From assembly GCA_963677925.2 (NCBI GenBank), contig CAXXYH010000003.1:928001-992000 (forward strand): a DNA stretch of 64,000 nucleotides, in the 5' to 3' direction. Shown piece after piece: positions 9,985 to 19,630 of this stretch. Positions within the stretch are counted from its first letter, which is position 1, and each line of letters begins with the position of its first letter. Made by a program: the position numbers and the translations under genes. The notes under the pieces were generated by a model that was given only the letters and a program-made list of their open reading frames with translations, was not told where the DNA came from and made no database searches. Source of the stretch: Spirochaetia bacterium. GTDB taxonomy: Bacteria > Spirochaetota > Spirochaetia > UBA9216.

Positions 9985-12180
9985 TCAGCCTACCTCGCCG
10001 TTTTTCACTGTATCCGTAGTAAGGATTCTGCTTCCGGTCGACAATTTCTTCTCACCGACCATTATCTCACCGCTCTCAGTCCTGATGGGGATATCGAAGA
10101 ACTGATCAACCTTCAGCCTTGCGCATTCAGGAAGACCGGAGGCATCATCACCTTCAAGGATAATTCTGGTGCCGGGTACCGCATCATCGGCAAAAATAAC
10201 CTCAACAGTTTCCTTTCCGTCGGCATCGGCTGCAGATGCGGCAAGAAGCATTCCTTCACTCTTTACACCTCTGAGTTTTGCGGGCTTCAGATTTGATACA
10301 AGGATAATATTGCGGTTAAGCAGTTCCTCTTCCTTATAATGAGGAACAAGTCCCGAGACTATCTGTCTCGGCTCGGCTTCACCGGCATCGATTGTTTCAA
10401 TATACAGTTTGTCGGCTTCAGGATGCCTGTCAATTGCTGTGATTTTTGCGACTCTAAGATCTACTGAGGCTCTGAATCGTTCTTCTACAGGAATATCTGC
10501 AGCAGGCTTCCCCTTCTCTTCCTGTTCGGCTCTTTCCTTCTGACTGCCGGCAAAGCGGGTCCTGAAGGCATCGATCTCATCATCTTCAAGCTTTTTAAAC
10601 AGCAGCTTCGGCTTGCTTATCTGAGACAGGTCATCACGCCTTCCGAGGCTGTCCCAGCTCATGTCGGGATTTCCAAGGAAGCCTGCAATACTTTCGGAAG
10701 TTGATGGAATATAGGGTGCAACCAGGATCGCAAGGTCGCGGACAAGGTAGGTAAGCTCTGCAAGCAGTGCAGCAGCCGCAGCTTCATCCTCTTTGATAAC
10801 CCTCCAGGGTTCGCCGGCCTGAAAAGCCTTGTTGCCCATGTCGGCAAGTTCAAAAATCTTTCTGAATGCGTCTCTGAGTTCTGCCCATTCAAGCAGTTCG
10901 GTAATCTCCGCAATCCGCTTCTTTGCCTCAGCGGTAAATTCGCTGTCAGCAGGAGCTGCCGGAACAACACCGTCAAATGATTTATTGAGGAAGGTCAGGG
11001 TCCTGTTGATCAGGTTACCGAGGTTTCCGATAAGCTCGGAATTAACCTTTTCCTGAAAGTCCTTCCAGGTAAACTGAACGTCCGATTTCTCGGGACGGTT
11101 GTAGTAAACATAAAAACGCCATACATCGGCTGCAATTCCTGTTTCCTTTGCATCGGTACCGAAGACTCCGGTTCCCTTGCTCTTTGAAAACTTGCCGTTT
11201 TCATAGTTCAGGTACTCGGATGATGACATGTGGTGGAGCATTGTCCACTTTTCACCTGAACCCAGCAGCGATGAAGGGAAAATTACTGTATGAAACGGAA
11301 TATTATCCTTTCCGATGAACTGAAAGAGTTCAACTTCTTCAGGATTCATCCACCACTTCTTCCACTCATCGGTAAGGGTGGCGGTAATTGAAACGTAGCC
11401 AATCGGCGCGTCAAACCAGACGTAGAAGACCTTGTCCTCGTAGCCGGCCTTGGGAACGGGAATTCCCCACTTCAGGTCACGGGTAATACAGCGCTCATGA
11501 AGACCGTCGCGGATCCAGCTTTTGGTCATCTGGACGGCATTATGCGCCCACCGGCCTTTCACTGAAGTTTCCTCCATCCATGATTCAAGCAGGGGCAGAA
11601 TCTTGGGAAGGTCGATATAGAGATGATTTGTATCCTGCTCATGCGGATGCGCTCCGCAGGTTCCGCAGCGGGGCTCTATAAGGTCAGCCGGGTCAAGAAG
11701 CTTACCGCAGTTTTCACACTGATCGCCGCGGGCATCCTCATAACCGCAGTGCGGGCAGGTGCCGCGTACATAGCGGTCGGCAAGGTAGCGGTCGCAGCTG
11801 TCGCAGAAAAGCTGGGTATCGGTCTTTTCGAGAATATATCCGGCCTCATCAAGCTTAAGAAAGATGTGCTGAACAATCTCGGTCTGCTCCGGAGTGGATG
11901 TTCTGCCCCACTTGTTGAAGTCTATATTGAACCATTCATAAATTTCAGTATGAATAGCATGATAGCGGTCACAGAGTTCCTTTGGTGAAACACCTTCTTC
12001 AAGGGCCTTCGTTTCGGTTGCTGTACCGTATTCATCAGTTCCGCAGACATACATGGTTTCATAGCCGCGCAGACGGCAGAAACGTGCAAAAACGTCGGCG
12101 GAGAGCACCTGTATAAGATTTCCCAGATGGGGGATATTATTTACGTAGGGTAATGCTGAGGTAATTAGTCTCTTCTTCAT
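9985..12180 (-). CDS. metG: Methionine--tRNA ligase with C-terminal tRNA-binding domain
   Basis: TSALPYVNNIPHLGN (HIGH), Zn knuckles, YVWFDAPIGY, KFSKS, C-terminal OB fold (HPEADKL...SEGMLLAA). Confidence 0.97.
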   Translation of the reverse strand: MKKRLITSALPYVNNIPHLGNLIQVLSADVFARFCRLRGYETMYVCGTDEYGTATETKALEEGVSPKELCDRYHAIHTEIYEWFNIDFNKWGRTSTPEQTEIVQHIFLKLDEAGYILEKTDTQLFCDSCDRYLADRYVRGTCPHCGYEDARGDQCENCGKLLDPADLIEPRCGTCGAHPHEQDTNHLYIDLPKILPLLESWMEETSVKGRWAHNAVQMTKSWIRDGLHERCITRDLKWGIPVPKAGYEDKVFYVWFDAPIGYVSITATLTDEWKKWWMNPEEVELFQFIGKDNIPFHTVIFPSSLLGSGEKWTMLHHMSSSEYLNYENGKFSKSKGTGVFGTDAKETGIAADVWRFYVYYNRPEKSDVQFTWKDFQEKVNSELIGNLGNLINRTLTFLNKSFDGVVPAAPADSEFTAEAKKRIAEITELLEWAELRDAFRKIFELADMGNKAFQAGEPWRVIKEDEAAAAALLAELTYLVRDLAILVAPYIPSTSESIAGFLGNPDMSWDSLGRRDDLSQISKPKLLFKKLEDDEIDAFRTRFAGSQKERAEQEEKGKPAADIPVEERFRASVDLRVAKITAIDRHPEADKLYIETIDAGEAEPRQIVSGLVPHYKEEELLNRNIILVSNLKPAKLRGVKSEGMLLAASAADADGKETVEVIFADDAVPGTRIILEGDDASGLPECARLKVDQFFDIPIRTESGEIMVGEKKLSTGSRILTTDTVKNGEVG

Positions 12181-12186
12181 GGACGC

Positions 12187-12215
12187 ATTTTAGCCTTATA
12201 TAGTAGATTGGTCAA
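12187..12215 (-). promoter_or_regulatory. metG promoter, predicted leaderless transcript
   Basis: TTGACC-N17-TAAAAT-N6-ATG; no SD. Confidence 0.7.
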
Positions 12216-12364
12216 CGAATCAGTGAAGAACTAGTTCCCGGATTTCTTTATCAAATTTCAACCGGATTCAGATAATTTAAAATTCTTACCTGAATATTTT
12301 ACCCTCAGGTCTGTAATATTCAGTATGGTTGCATGATTAGACTTCTGTCGCGGAGTTTATTTCC

Positions 12365-12393
12365 TTGACTAGGTCTCTAATCATAAGTAACCT
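12365..12393 (+). promoter_or_regulatory. hflKC promoter
   Basis: TTGACT-N17-TAACCT; SD AGGAGG before ATG 12423. Confidence 0.6.
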
Positions 12394-12422
12394 CTAAGTA
12401 ATGGAAAAATTCAGGAGGAATC

Positions 12423-13397
12423 ATGTCTGAAAAGAACGTCAGCCCTGGTGCGAAAAATTTTTCGTTCAGGCCGAAGATTGTTGTGGTAATAATTGTTGCC
12501 GTAATAGTCCTTGCAGGTTTACTGACCAGCTTTTATATGGTGGACCAGACAGAGCAGTCTGTCATTCTGCTTTTTGGAAAATTCAACCGGATAACAGGTC
12601 CGGGATTGCATTTTAAAGCCCCGTTTGGAATAGAACAGAACTTCAATATACAGACACAGGTTATACAGAACATGTCGTTCGGCTTCCGGACCGAGAGAGC
12701 CGGTATTGAAACTGTCTACGCAAAGGGAGACTACCCCGAGGAATCGGTAATGCTTACCGGAGACCTTAATATTGTTGATGTTGAATGGGTAATCCAGTAC
12801 AGGATTGTAGATCCCCGGGAATGGCTTTTTCAAGTCGAAAACCGCGAAAAAACCATTCGTGATATTTCACAGTCTGTCATCAACATGCTTGTTGGAGACA
12901 GAGCTATACTTGATGTAATGGGTTCTGAACGTACTGCGATTTCACTTCAAGCCCAGGAAAGAATGAATGAGATATTCGACACATACAAATTGGGCATATC
13001 GGTAACAACAGTTCAGCTTAAGAATATTGTTCCGCCGGTTGGTGAAGTTCAGGATGCTTTTGAAGATGTAAACATGGCCATTCAGGACATGGAGAAGCTT
13101 ATCAACGAAGGTAAAGAAGCTTACAACAAGGAAATTCCCAAAACAAAGGGTGAAGCGGCACAGATGATACAGGTAGCTGAAGGTTACGCCAAGGAAAGGG
13201 TTAATGAAGCCCGCGGTGACGTTGCCAGATTTAACGCGGTTCTTGAAGAGTACCGGAAAAACAAGGACGTTACCCGCTCAAGACTTTACATCGAGATGAT
13301 TGAGGATGTATTCGGAGCTGACACCGGAACAGATATCGTAGACAAGAATCTTGAAAACTTTCTACCGCTCAAATCTCTTAACGGAGGTGCACAGTAA
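12423..13397 (+). CDS. hflK: FtsH protease modulator HflK
   Basis: N-terminal TM + SPFH domain (MLTGDLNIVDVEWVIQYRI; VQDAFEDV; AEGYAKERVNEARGD). Confidence 0.95.
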   Translation: MSEKNVSPGAKNFSFRPKIVVVIIVAVIVLAGLLTSFYMVDQTEQSVILLFGKFNRITGPGLHFKAPFGIEQNFNIQTQVIQNMSFGFRTERAGIETVYAKGDYPEESVMLTGDLNIVDVEWVIQYRIVDPREWLFQVENREKTIRDISQSVINMLVGDRAILDVMGSERTAISLQAQERMNEIFDTYKLGISVTTVQLKNIVPPVGEVQDAFEDVNMAIQDMEKLINEGKEAYNKEIPKTKGEAAQMIQVAEGYAKERVNEARGDVARFNAVLEEYRKNKDVTRSRLYIEMIEDVFGADTGTDIVDKNLENFLPLKSLNGGAQ

Positions 13398-14365
13398 TGA
13401 ACAAGCTCATACGTAACCTAATTATTATTGCAGTAATTCTTATTATTGTGTTTGCAGCAGGCCCCTTTTACGTTCTTTACGAGGGTCAGCAGTCGGTCGT
13501 TACAAGATTCGGACGTATTATCAGTTCAGATACAGAGGCGGGACTCAAGTTTAAAATGCCATTTGTTGATACTGTGACAAAATATCCCAAGAAACTTCTT
13601 TCATGGGACGGTGACGCTCAGAGAATTCCGACGGCAGAGAACCAGTTCATCTGGGTAGACGCAACTGCAAGGTGGAATATCGTTGATCCTGCAAAGTTCT
13701 ACGAATCTGTAACAACACTGGAACAGGCATACGCCCGTATGGATGATGTTATCGATTCATCAGTAAGAACAGTTATTGCTGAAAACTTCCTGCGTGAGGC
13801 GGTTAGAAATACCAACAGCATAAACGAAAGAGTATTTGCCGATACAGAAACAGACACCGAAGATACTGATATCACAGCTGAATATGATGAGGATAAATTT
13901 TCTGAAATCGAAAAAGGCCGTGAAGAGCTTTCGGATGAAATGTACACAGCCGCAAAAATCATCGTTCCACAGTACGGAATAGAGCTGAAAGATATCATTA
14001 TCAGACAGATCCGCTACTCTGATGACCTTACTACAAGTGTTTACAACCGAATGATCAAGGAAAGAAATCAGGTTGCCCAGAGATACCGCTCCGACGGAGA
14101 GGGACAGAAGGCTGAATGGCTTGGTAAACTCGATAATGAGAAACGAAGCCTTCTTTCTGAATCTTATGCCAGGTCAGAAGAAATAAAGGGTCAGGCTGAT
14201 GCTCAGGCTGCGGCAATTTATAATGAGGCATACAAGGTTGATCCGGAATTCTATAAGTTCTGGAAATCTGTTGAATCATATCGTCAGGTTTTACCGAAAT
14301 TTAACAAAACACTGACAACCGATATGGAATACTTCAACTATCTTTATGATCAGGAAGGTCGTTAA
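13397..14365 (+). CDS. hflC: FtsH protease modulator HflC
   Basis: VVTRFG, GLKFKMPF, VYNRMIKER, DPEFYKFWKS; TAATG overlap with hflK. Confidence 0.95.
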   Translation: MNKLIRNLIIIAVILIIVFAAGPFYVLYEGQQSVVTRFGRIISSDTEAGLKFKMPFVDTVTKYPKKLLSWDGDAQRIPTAENQFIWVDATARWNIVDPAKFYESVTTLEQAYARMDDVIDSSVRTVIAENFLREAVRNTNSINERVFADTETDTEDTDITAEYDEDKFSEIEKGREELSDEMYTAAKIIVPQYGIELKDIIIRQIRYSDDLTTSVYNRMIKERNQVAQRYRSDGEGQKAEWLGKLDNEKRSLLSESYARSEEIKGQADAQAAAIYNEAYKVDPEFYKFWKSVESYRQVLPKFNKTLTTDMEYFNYLYDQEGR

Positions 14366-14521
14366 TAAACGACCGGAGGCCGTTTTTAACGACCTTTTGA
14401 AATAATCGAATCTTCATAAATGAATATTCGATTATTTCCAGCTTAATTTATGTGGCTATACTTACCTGTTCACGGTAATTTAGTTGCAGTTGTCCGGAGA
14501 ACCCCTCCGGATATTATATAT

Positions 14522-14546
14522 AAAAAACCCGGCTACAAACCGGGTT
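14522..14546 (-). terminator. Intrinsic terminator for the VOC gene
   Basis: AACCCGG/CCGGGTT stem with an A-tract on + (U-tract on -). Confidence 0.6.
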
Positions 14547-14550
14547 CTGG

Positions 14551-14587
14551 CACCGTTTGGAACATAGTTTTAAACGGTGTTTTTTTT
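14551..14587 (+). terminator. Intrinsic terminator downstream of hflKC
   Basis: CACCGTTT/AAACGGTG stem followed by a T8 tract. Confidence 0.65.
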
Positions 14588-14598
14588 ATGTAACTGCT

Positions 14599-15009
14599 TT
14601 ATAGAATCTGATTAAACTCTACTTTCTCACCGTCGGGGCCTGAGATTACAAAGTAGCTGACGCCATCAGCCTGAAGCGGAAGAGTAATTGGAGCTTCACT
14701 CATCGGGGCATACCCCATGGCCATAATATCAGAAAAGGCAGTGTTAATATCTTTTACATTAAGTGCAAGATGATCTATTGGACCGGTTATTCCTCTCACC
14801 TTATCAAACCCGGCAGCCGGCTGATAAAGTTCAATACAGAATCCATTGATATCAATAAAGGTCACATATGTGGTTCCACCGTCCTCCTGAAGCTCAAACC
14901 TGCTTAGGATCTTAAAACCGATGCTCGAATAAAATTCAATTGATTTTTCAATATCAGATACCGGCAGTCCAAGATGCTGAAACCCCGTCACATTTCCCGT
15001 AATACTCAT
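14599..15009 (-). CDS. VOC/glyoxalase family protein
   Basis: FQHLGLPVSDIEKSIEFY, IELY, IDHLAL, GPDGEKVEF; ATG 15009 with SD AGGAG. Confidence 0.9.
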   Translation of the reverse strand: MSITGNVTGFQHLGLPVSDIEKSIEFYSSIGFKILSRFELQEDGGTTYVTFIDINGFCIELYQPAAGFDKVRGITGPIDHLALNVKDINTAFSDIMAMGYAPMSEAPITLPLQADGVSYFVISGPDGEKVEFNQIL

Positions 15010-15028
15010 ATTTCTCTCCTGATTTATA

Positions 15029-15427
15029 TTATGATCCAATAATATGCTTCTCCAGCTTAGCGTATGCTTCGGGACCAATCTGGATTTCTCTGACTCTGTA
15101 GCGTTTACCCTCACAGTCAATTCTTATACTAACATCCGGAGTTGTAAACGCCTTTATTTCATCCGTCTTCAGTATACTGTATTTCCGGCTCAGCAGTGAA
15201 AAAATCTTCAAAACCCCGGGCTCCAGAATGAGAAAGGGATTATTCTGCATAAGCTTCGTCCGGATGTAGAACATTACTGTAAGCAGCAGAAATAGTACTG
15301 CAATAATGATATCAAGTACTTCAAATGAGTTGAAAAAACGGAAGACAAAATACAGACAGAAAAGCAGGTATGGAACCGGAATAAAACGATTAAATTTTGA
15401 AAGCGAATAATTTATTTGTTCAGTCAT
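15029..15427 (-). CDS. Small membrane protein (2 TM + soluble domain)
   Basis: Two hydrophobic helices; promoter TTTAAT-N17-TATATT-N6-ATG. Confidence 0.65.
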   Translation of the reverse strand: MTEQINYSLSKFNRFIPVPYLLFCLYFVFRFFNSFEVLDIIIAVLFLLLTVMFYIRTKLMQNNPFLILEPGVLKIFSLLSRKYSILKTDEIKAFTTPDVSIRIDCEGKRYRVREIQIGPEAYAKLEKHIIGS

Positions 15428-15567
15428 GGCTTAAATATATTCCTTAAAAAGATTTTATTAAATACTGGAGAGCTTTTTGCTAAAAATAAAAACCGGACAT
15501 CATTAAATGTTGATTATTTAAGTAATATAGGAATAATTTAACATAATACTGGAAAGGAAGGTTAAAT

Positions 15568-16223
15568 ATGAGCATATTTACTCAGGAAGATAATAATTCA
15601 CTCGATAATATAATTTCTACAAGGCACTCAATCAGAGCATTCAAGAAAGAAACCCCGCCGAAAGAAAAGATTGAAGCAGTCGTGGAAGCCGGCATGAAGG
15701 CTCCCTTTGCTTCAGTTTCTGCTGATGATATTGATGTCTTCAGACATTTTTTTGTTGTACCCAGGGAAAGCGGAAAGCTTCCTGAGATAGACAGACTGAT
15801 AAGAGAACAGTCTCTTGCAGATCTTAAAGAACTGAATAAGGAAATTGAATCAGACCAGTTTATCTCTGGGATCACAGCAAAATTCTTAAAGGCCTGTGGT
15901 CAATGGTTGCAGAAAAGGGAATTCCCGGATTCACCGAAGTCCCTTATCTGGTTGTTGCCGCCGAATGGGCCGGTGCACGAAGGGCTGAAAGACAGAGTCT
16001 TGCCCATGTCATGCAGAATATGTGGCTTAAGGCAACCGCGCTTGAGCTTGGATTCTGTCTTGTATCACCAATTGAGAGTATGATGAACAACGAAGAGTTC
16101 TGCAGCCTTTTCGACCTCCCCGTCGGACGCTACGGCTTTCACGGCTGCATGATAGGCTACTCAAAGCAGGATCTTGATAAGGTTAAGGGAAAACCGGTTA
16201 CCGGAAAGGTGGAGTGGCTGTAA
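15568..16223 (+). pseudogene. Nitroreductase family gene split by a frameshift near 15860
   Basis: N-half (RHSIRAF...GMKAP) in the 15568 frame; C-half (QNMWLKATALELGFC...IGY) in the 15903 frame; removing 2 nt from ATCTCTGG rejoins them. Confidence 0.8.
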
Positions 16224-16308
16224 AAGCCGGCCATTCAAACGTTAAGATAATCAGATATTTCAGTACATTTTTCAGGCCCTTATTATTTAACATGATATAA
16301 TATGAACT

Positions 16309-17178
16309 ATGAAAAAACTATTTCTTGTTCTGTTTGTTTTATTGATGAATGTTTCTGCGGTATTCTCTGAATCTGAGAAACCTGTTATTGCTGTGATGGA
16401 TTTTTATTCTGAGGATATCTCCAAAGATCAGATAACCTCCGTCACAAGCAGCCTGTCTTCTGAACTGCTAAAAACAGCTCAGTTTACCGTAATTGAAATC
16501 AGCCGTAGAGACTCTCTTCTTGAAGAGATGAAATTCTCCCTGAGCGGTCTTGCAGACGAGGAAAATGCTATAGAAATCGGCGCCCTGCTTTCAGCCAGAG
16601 CTCTGGTACTCGGCTCAATCGCCGAGGCGGAGAATTCCTACCTTCTTTCTGTAAAGCTTGTAGAAACAGAAACAGGAGAAATACTTAGATCCGCGGAGGG
16701 GAAATACAGCAGCTTTAATTCACTTATCAGCAGTCTGCCACGGACTGCCCGTGAGCTGGCCGGTACTGAAGCTATTCATAAAAACAAAACAGCAGCATTT
16801 ACTCTCATGGGCGGCGGCGCTGTTCTCACCGGTGCGGGAACCTTCTTTCTTGTTAACGGTCTGCTTAAACTCACTGCGGTGGATACCGCCTGGAATAATT
16901 ATGCATCTATGACTACCGGCGATATTACCGCTGCATATGATGAGTATCTGGCAGCTTTCGGTGAAGCAGAAGATTCAAAAGCCAACCTCCAGTTTATAGG
17001 AGGAATAAGCGGGGCGGCTGTCGGACTTGGCCTTATCGGTGTTTCAACATGGATGCTGCTGTCACCCCCTGAAATTGAAAATATCTGGTCTGAAAACAGC
17101 AGTTTGTCAATGATGTTTTTTCCCGGAGCCGATTCCCTTACAATAGCTTTCAGACTGAACCCGAGGATAATAATGTGA
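16309..17178 (+). CDS. Secreted CsgG/TolB-N/FlgO-like domain protein with C-terminal hydrophobic segments
   Basis: Signal peptide; IAVMDF...VIE.SRRDSLLEE...AIEIGALL.A..LVLGSI...KLVETETGEI. Confidence 0.75.
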   Translation: MKKLFLVLFVLLMNVSAVFSESEKPVIAVMDFYSEDISKDQITSVTSSLSSELLKTAQFTVIEISRRDSLLEEMKFSLSGLADEENAIEIGALLSARALVLGSIAEAENSYLLSVKLVETETGEILRSAEGKYSSFNSLISSLPRTARELAGTEAIHKNKTAAFTLMGGGAVLTGAGTFFLVNGLLKLTAVDTAWNNYASMTTGDITAAYDEYLAAFGEAEDSKANLQFIGGISGAAVGLGLIGVSTWMLLSPPEIENIWSENSSLSMMFFPGADSLTIAFRLNPRIIM

Positions 17179-18461
17179 AAAAGTTAATTTTAATTCTATG
17201 TATATTTTCAGTTCTTGCAGGATGCGATTTTCTGATATCTGATACTCCAAACGGCAGGGATAATACCAATGACCCGTACTGGAATCCCTATTCTGTGTTT
17301 AATCAGAAACTTTCGCAGTCGAACGAGGTATCGGCCTATGGAGAAAGCATATCCCGATACGGGGATTATATTGCAGTAGGCGCACCGAATACAGCGGTAA
17401 ACGGAATTACTGAAGCCGGTGTTGTACATATCTATCACCTTGAAGACGGCACATGGACTCTGAGTGAAACTATTCAGGCCCCTGATGCAAATCTTACAGA
17501 TGCTGCAGTCAATGGCGGGATGGCCTTCGGTACTTCTGTATCAATCTCCGGAACAACCCTTGCAGTGGGGGCAGCTCAGGAGGATAATTCGGGTTATGAT
17601 TATGCAGGGTCGGTATATATCTTTGATAAAAACATTGATAATACCTGGAGTTTCACAGAACAAATATACTCTCCTAATCAGACTGCAAACAATGAGATGT
17701 TCGGCAGCAGTGTTATTCTCGATATTCCCTATCTTATCATCTCTGCAAAACAGAACGCTCCCAGTTCCCAGGGGGCTGTTTACATTTTCAAATTTGAAGT
17801 AGATGAGTATGCGTACAAATCAACCCTGACTAACTCGGATCCTGCCAGCAGTAAACGATTCGGAATAGCAATAGCCTATTCCGACCCATGGCTGATAGTC
17901 GGAAGCGACAGAGATACAATAGATTTTTCACAGCAGGGGTCTGCCAGTATATTTGAACGCAGTGCAGATACCTTTACGCAGGTGCAAAAAGTTGTTTCAT
18001 CAAATGCACAGGCATCGGGCATGTTCGGTTATACAGTCTCGATTGATCAGAATCGTGCAGCAGTGGGTGCGCTGACGGAAACAGTTGACTCCACCGGAAA
18101 TGCAGGGCGGGTTTATATATTTGAAAAAGAAACATCAGAATGGTCCGCTACACCGTCCCAGGTACTCTCCTCGTCTGCCCCGCTTGATCCGGGATATTTC
18201 GGCGGCGGTGTAGCCATTCTGGACGATGTGCTTTTTGTAGGAGCTCCCGGCGAAGGAGATTTAAAAACCGGGACTGCATCCGTATACACTTTCTCGGAAG
18301 CTGACGGCTGGGAGTACAGTCACGGTTATGAAGAGGATGATACTGTTTTTTACGGATTATCACCCTTTATGGATGAAGATTATCTGCTTGTCGCCGATTT
18401 TGCAAATTTTGATGGAAGCAGCCCTGGCGGAAGCGTATATATCTATTCCAGCAACGAATAG
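17175..18461 (+). CDS. FG-GAP repeat (integrin-alpha-like beta-propeller) lipoprotein
   Basis: Lipobox VLAGC; about 7 repeats of FG.SV.I....L.VGAP...G.VYIF; GTGA overlap with the upstream gene. Confidence 0.85.
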   Translation: MKKLILILCIFSVLAGCDFLISDTPNGRDNTNDPYWNPYSVFNQKLSQSNEVSAYGESISRYGDYIAVGAPNTAVNGITEAGVVHIYHLEDGTWTLSETIQAPDANLTDAAVNGGMAFGTSVSISGTTLAVGAAQEDNSGYDYAGSVYIFDKNIDNTWSFTEQIYSPNQTANNEMFGSSVILDIPYLIISAKQNAPSSQGAVYIFKFEVDEYAYKSTLTNSDPASSKRFGIAIAYSDPWLIVGSDRDTIDFSQQGSASIFERSADTFTQVQKVVSSNAQASGMFGYTVSIDQNRAAVGALTETVDSTGNAGRVYIFEKETSEWSATPSQVLSSSAPLDPGYFGGGVAILDDVLFVGAPGEGDLKTGTASVYTFSEADGWEYSHGYEEDDTVFYGLSPFMDEDYLLVADFANFDGSSPGGSVYIYSSNE

Positions 18462-18463
18462 GT

Positions 18464-19606
18464 TTACCCGGGCATTCCTATAATCTCTACCTCATTACGC
18501 TGATTCATATCGCGCAGAACCTGAAGAATTTGAAACTGTGCTTTACGTACTTCATCAATATCTGAGCTTCCCGCACCTATCTTCTTAATCATCAGATTCT
18601 GCTCTTCAGTTGAAAAATCGGAGAGCAGGATTTTTTTTACCTTCCTTTCAACCATCGACATTGCCTTTAAAAGCGTTTCCTCTCCTGTTACTTCATAAAG
18701 CCGCCTTCGTGTATCAGCCGACAGAAGCACCAGATCCTCAAAAACAAAGGTATTTTCTTTAACCAGAACTGCAGCAGACGGATCAGTAACCTCAAGTTCA
18801 TTAACCAGTCTTGTCTCGGTATACCGGTCACAGCCTGCAAGAATACCGACAAGTTCCGGCAGAGTAATTATTTTATGGTACTCTTTAACAAAGTTTACAC
18901 CTTCCCTTATCTTTCCGATTTCTTTCAGCAAATTCTCCGGCAGTTCCGAATTAGTTTTCACTGATCGAACAAGCTCCATCTGACTGTAAAGCGAAAGCCG
19001 GCAGAAGACCTCTGCACCAAGCAGTGATTTTTTCAATTCATTCACAGCATATTCCTCCATGCTATCGAGTTTTTTCTGTGAGATTTCAAGGCCATTGTAT
19101 AGTTCGTTCAGATGAGCCTTCAGCTTCTGTCGGGCTTCATGAAGCCTGCTTTTCACTGTCTTCATTTCCAGGTTTTTCACTGCGGCAATTTCGGAGTTAC
19201 TGAGTCCTGAAAAATACCGAAGCTGAACAACATCCCGGTGTTCTGCTGAAAGAAGCTGAATAGCCAGACGCAGAATGCTCTCGTATTCAGAATACCGCTT
19301 TTCCTTTCTGTCCCAGCTGTAGAAGATCTCATCCTCAAAAGCTTCTGAATCAGGAGATGTCCTGCGATAATTTTCAATGATGACATTTCTGCAGATACGG
19401 CTGATCCAAGATGCAAAGCGTTCCGGGTGTTCAAGCTGATAGTATTTGCAGACAGCCTTTTCCCATGTCTGCTGTACTATATCATCAGCATCATCCGGGG
19501 ATGCATATGAAAGCGCTATGGAGTACAGCAGGCGCTGATGTCCTGCAGCAAGCTCCCTGAATTTGTGAAGAGTATCCTGTCTGTTCTTATCCCCTGAATT
19601 GTACAA
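18464..19606 (-). CDS. ECF sigma factor fused to a FliG C-terminal-like domain
   Basis: Sigma2 (DADDIVQQTW...FASWISRICRN), sigma4 (LRYFSGLSNSEIA...TVKSRLHEARQKL); aa ~251-378 match FliG-C (IL..CDR.TE...V.EL...DP..A..VK..TFVFEDL...EVRKAQ.QIL...R.M....E..I). Confidence 0.85.
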   Translation of the reverse strand: MYNSGDKNRQDTLHKFRELAAGHQRLLYSIALSYASPDDADDIVQQTWEKAVCKYYQLEHPERFASWISRICRNVIIENYRRTSPDSEAFEDEIFYSWDRKEKRYSEYESILRLAIQLLSAEHRDVVQLRYFSGLSNSEIAAVKNLEMKTVKSRLHEARQKLKAHLNELYNGLEISQKKLDSMEEYAVNELKKSLLGAEVFCRLSLYSQMELVRSVKTNSELPENLLKEIGKIREGVNFVKEYHKIITLPELVGILAGCDRYTETRLVNELEVTDPSAAVLVKENTFVFEDLVLLSADTRRRLYEVTGEETLLKAMSMVERKVKKILLSDFSTEEQNLMIKKIGAGSSDIDEVRKAQFQILQVLRDMNQRNEVEIIGMPG

Positions 19607-19630
19607 TATCTTTTACCTCACATATTATAC

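Noticed and set aside
12181-12422. Possible T-box or SAM riboswitch for metG; inverted repeat CTGAATATT/AATATTCAG at 12290-12323
   Set aside because: No T-box or SAM consensus, and the metG promoter abuts the ATG; the repeat alone is too weak to assign
17175-18461. Repetitive sequence as a possible CRISPR array or tandem DNA repeat
   Set aside because: The repeats are protein-level FG-GAP blades, degenerate at DNA level; no CRISPR-like repeats or cas genes seen in the window
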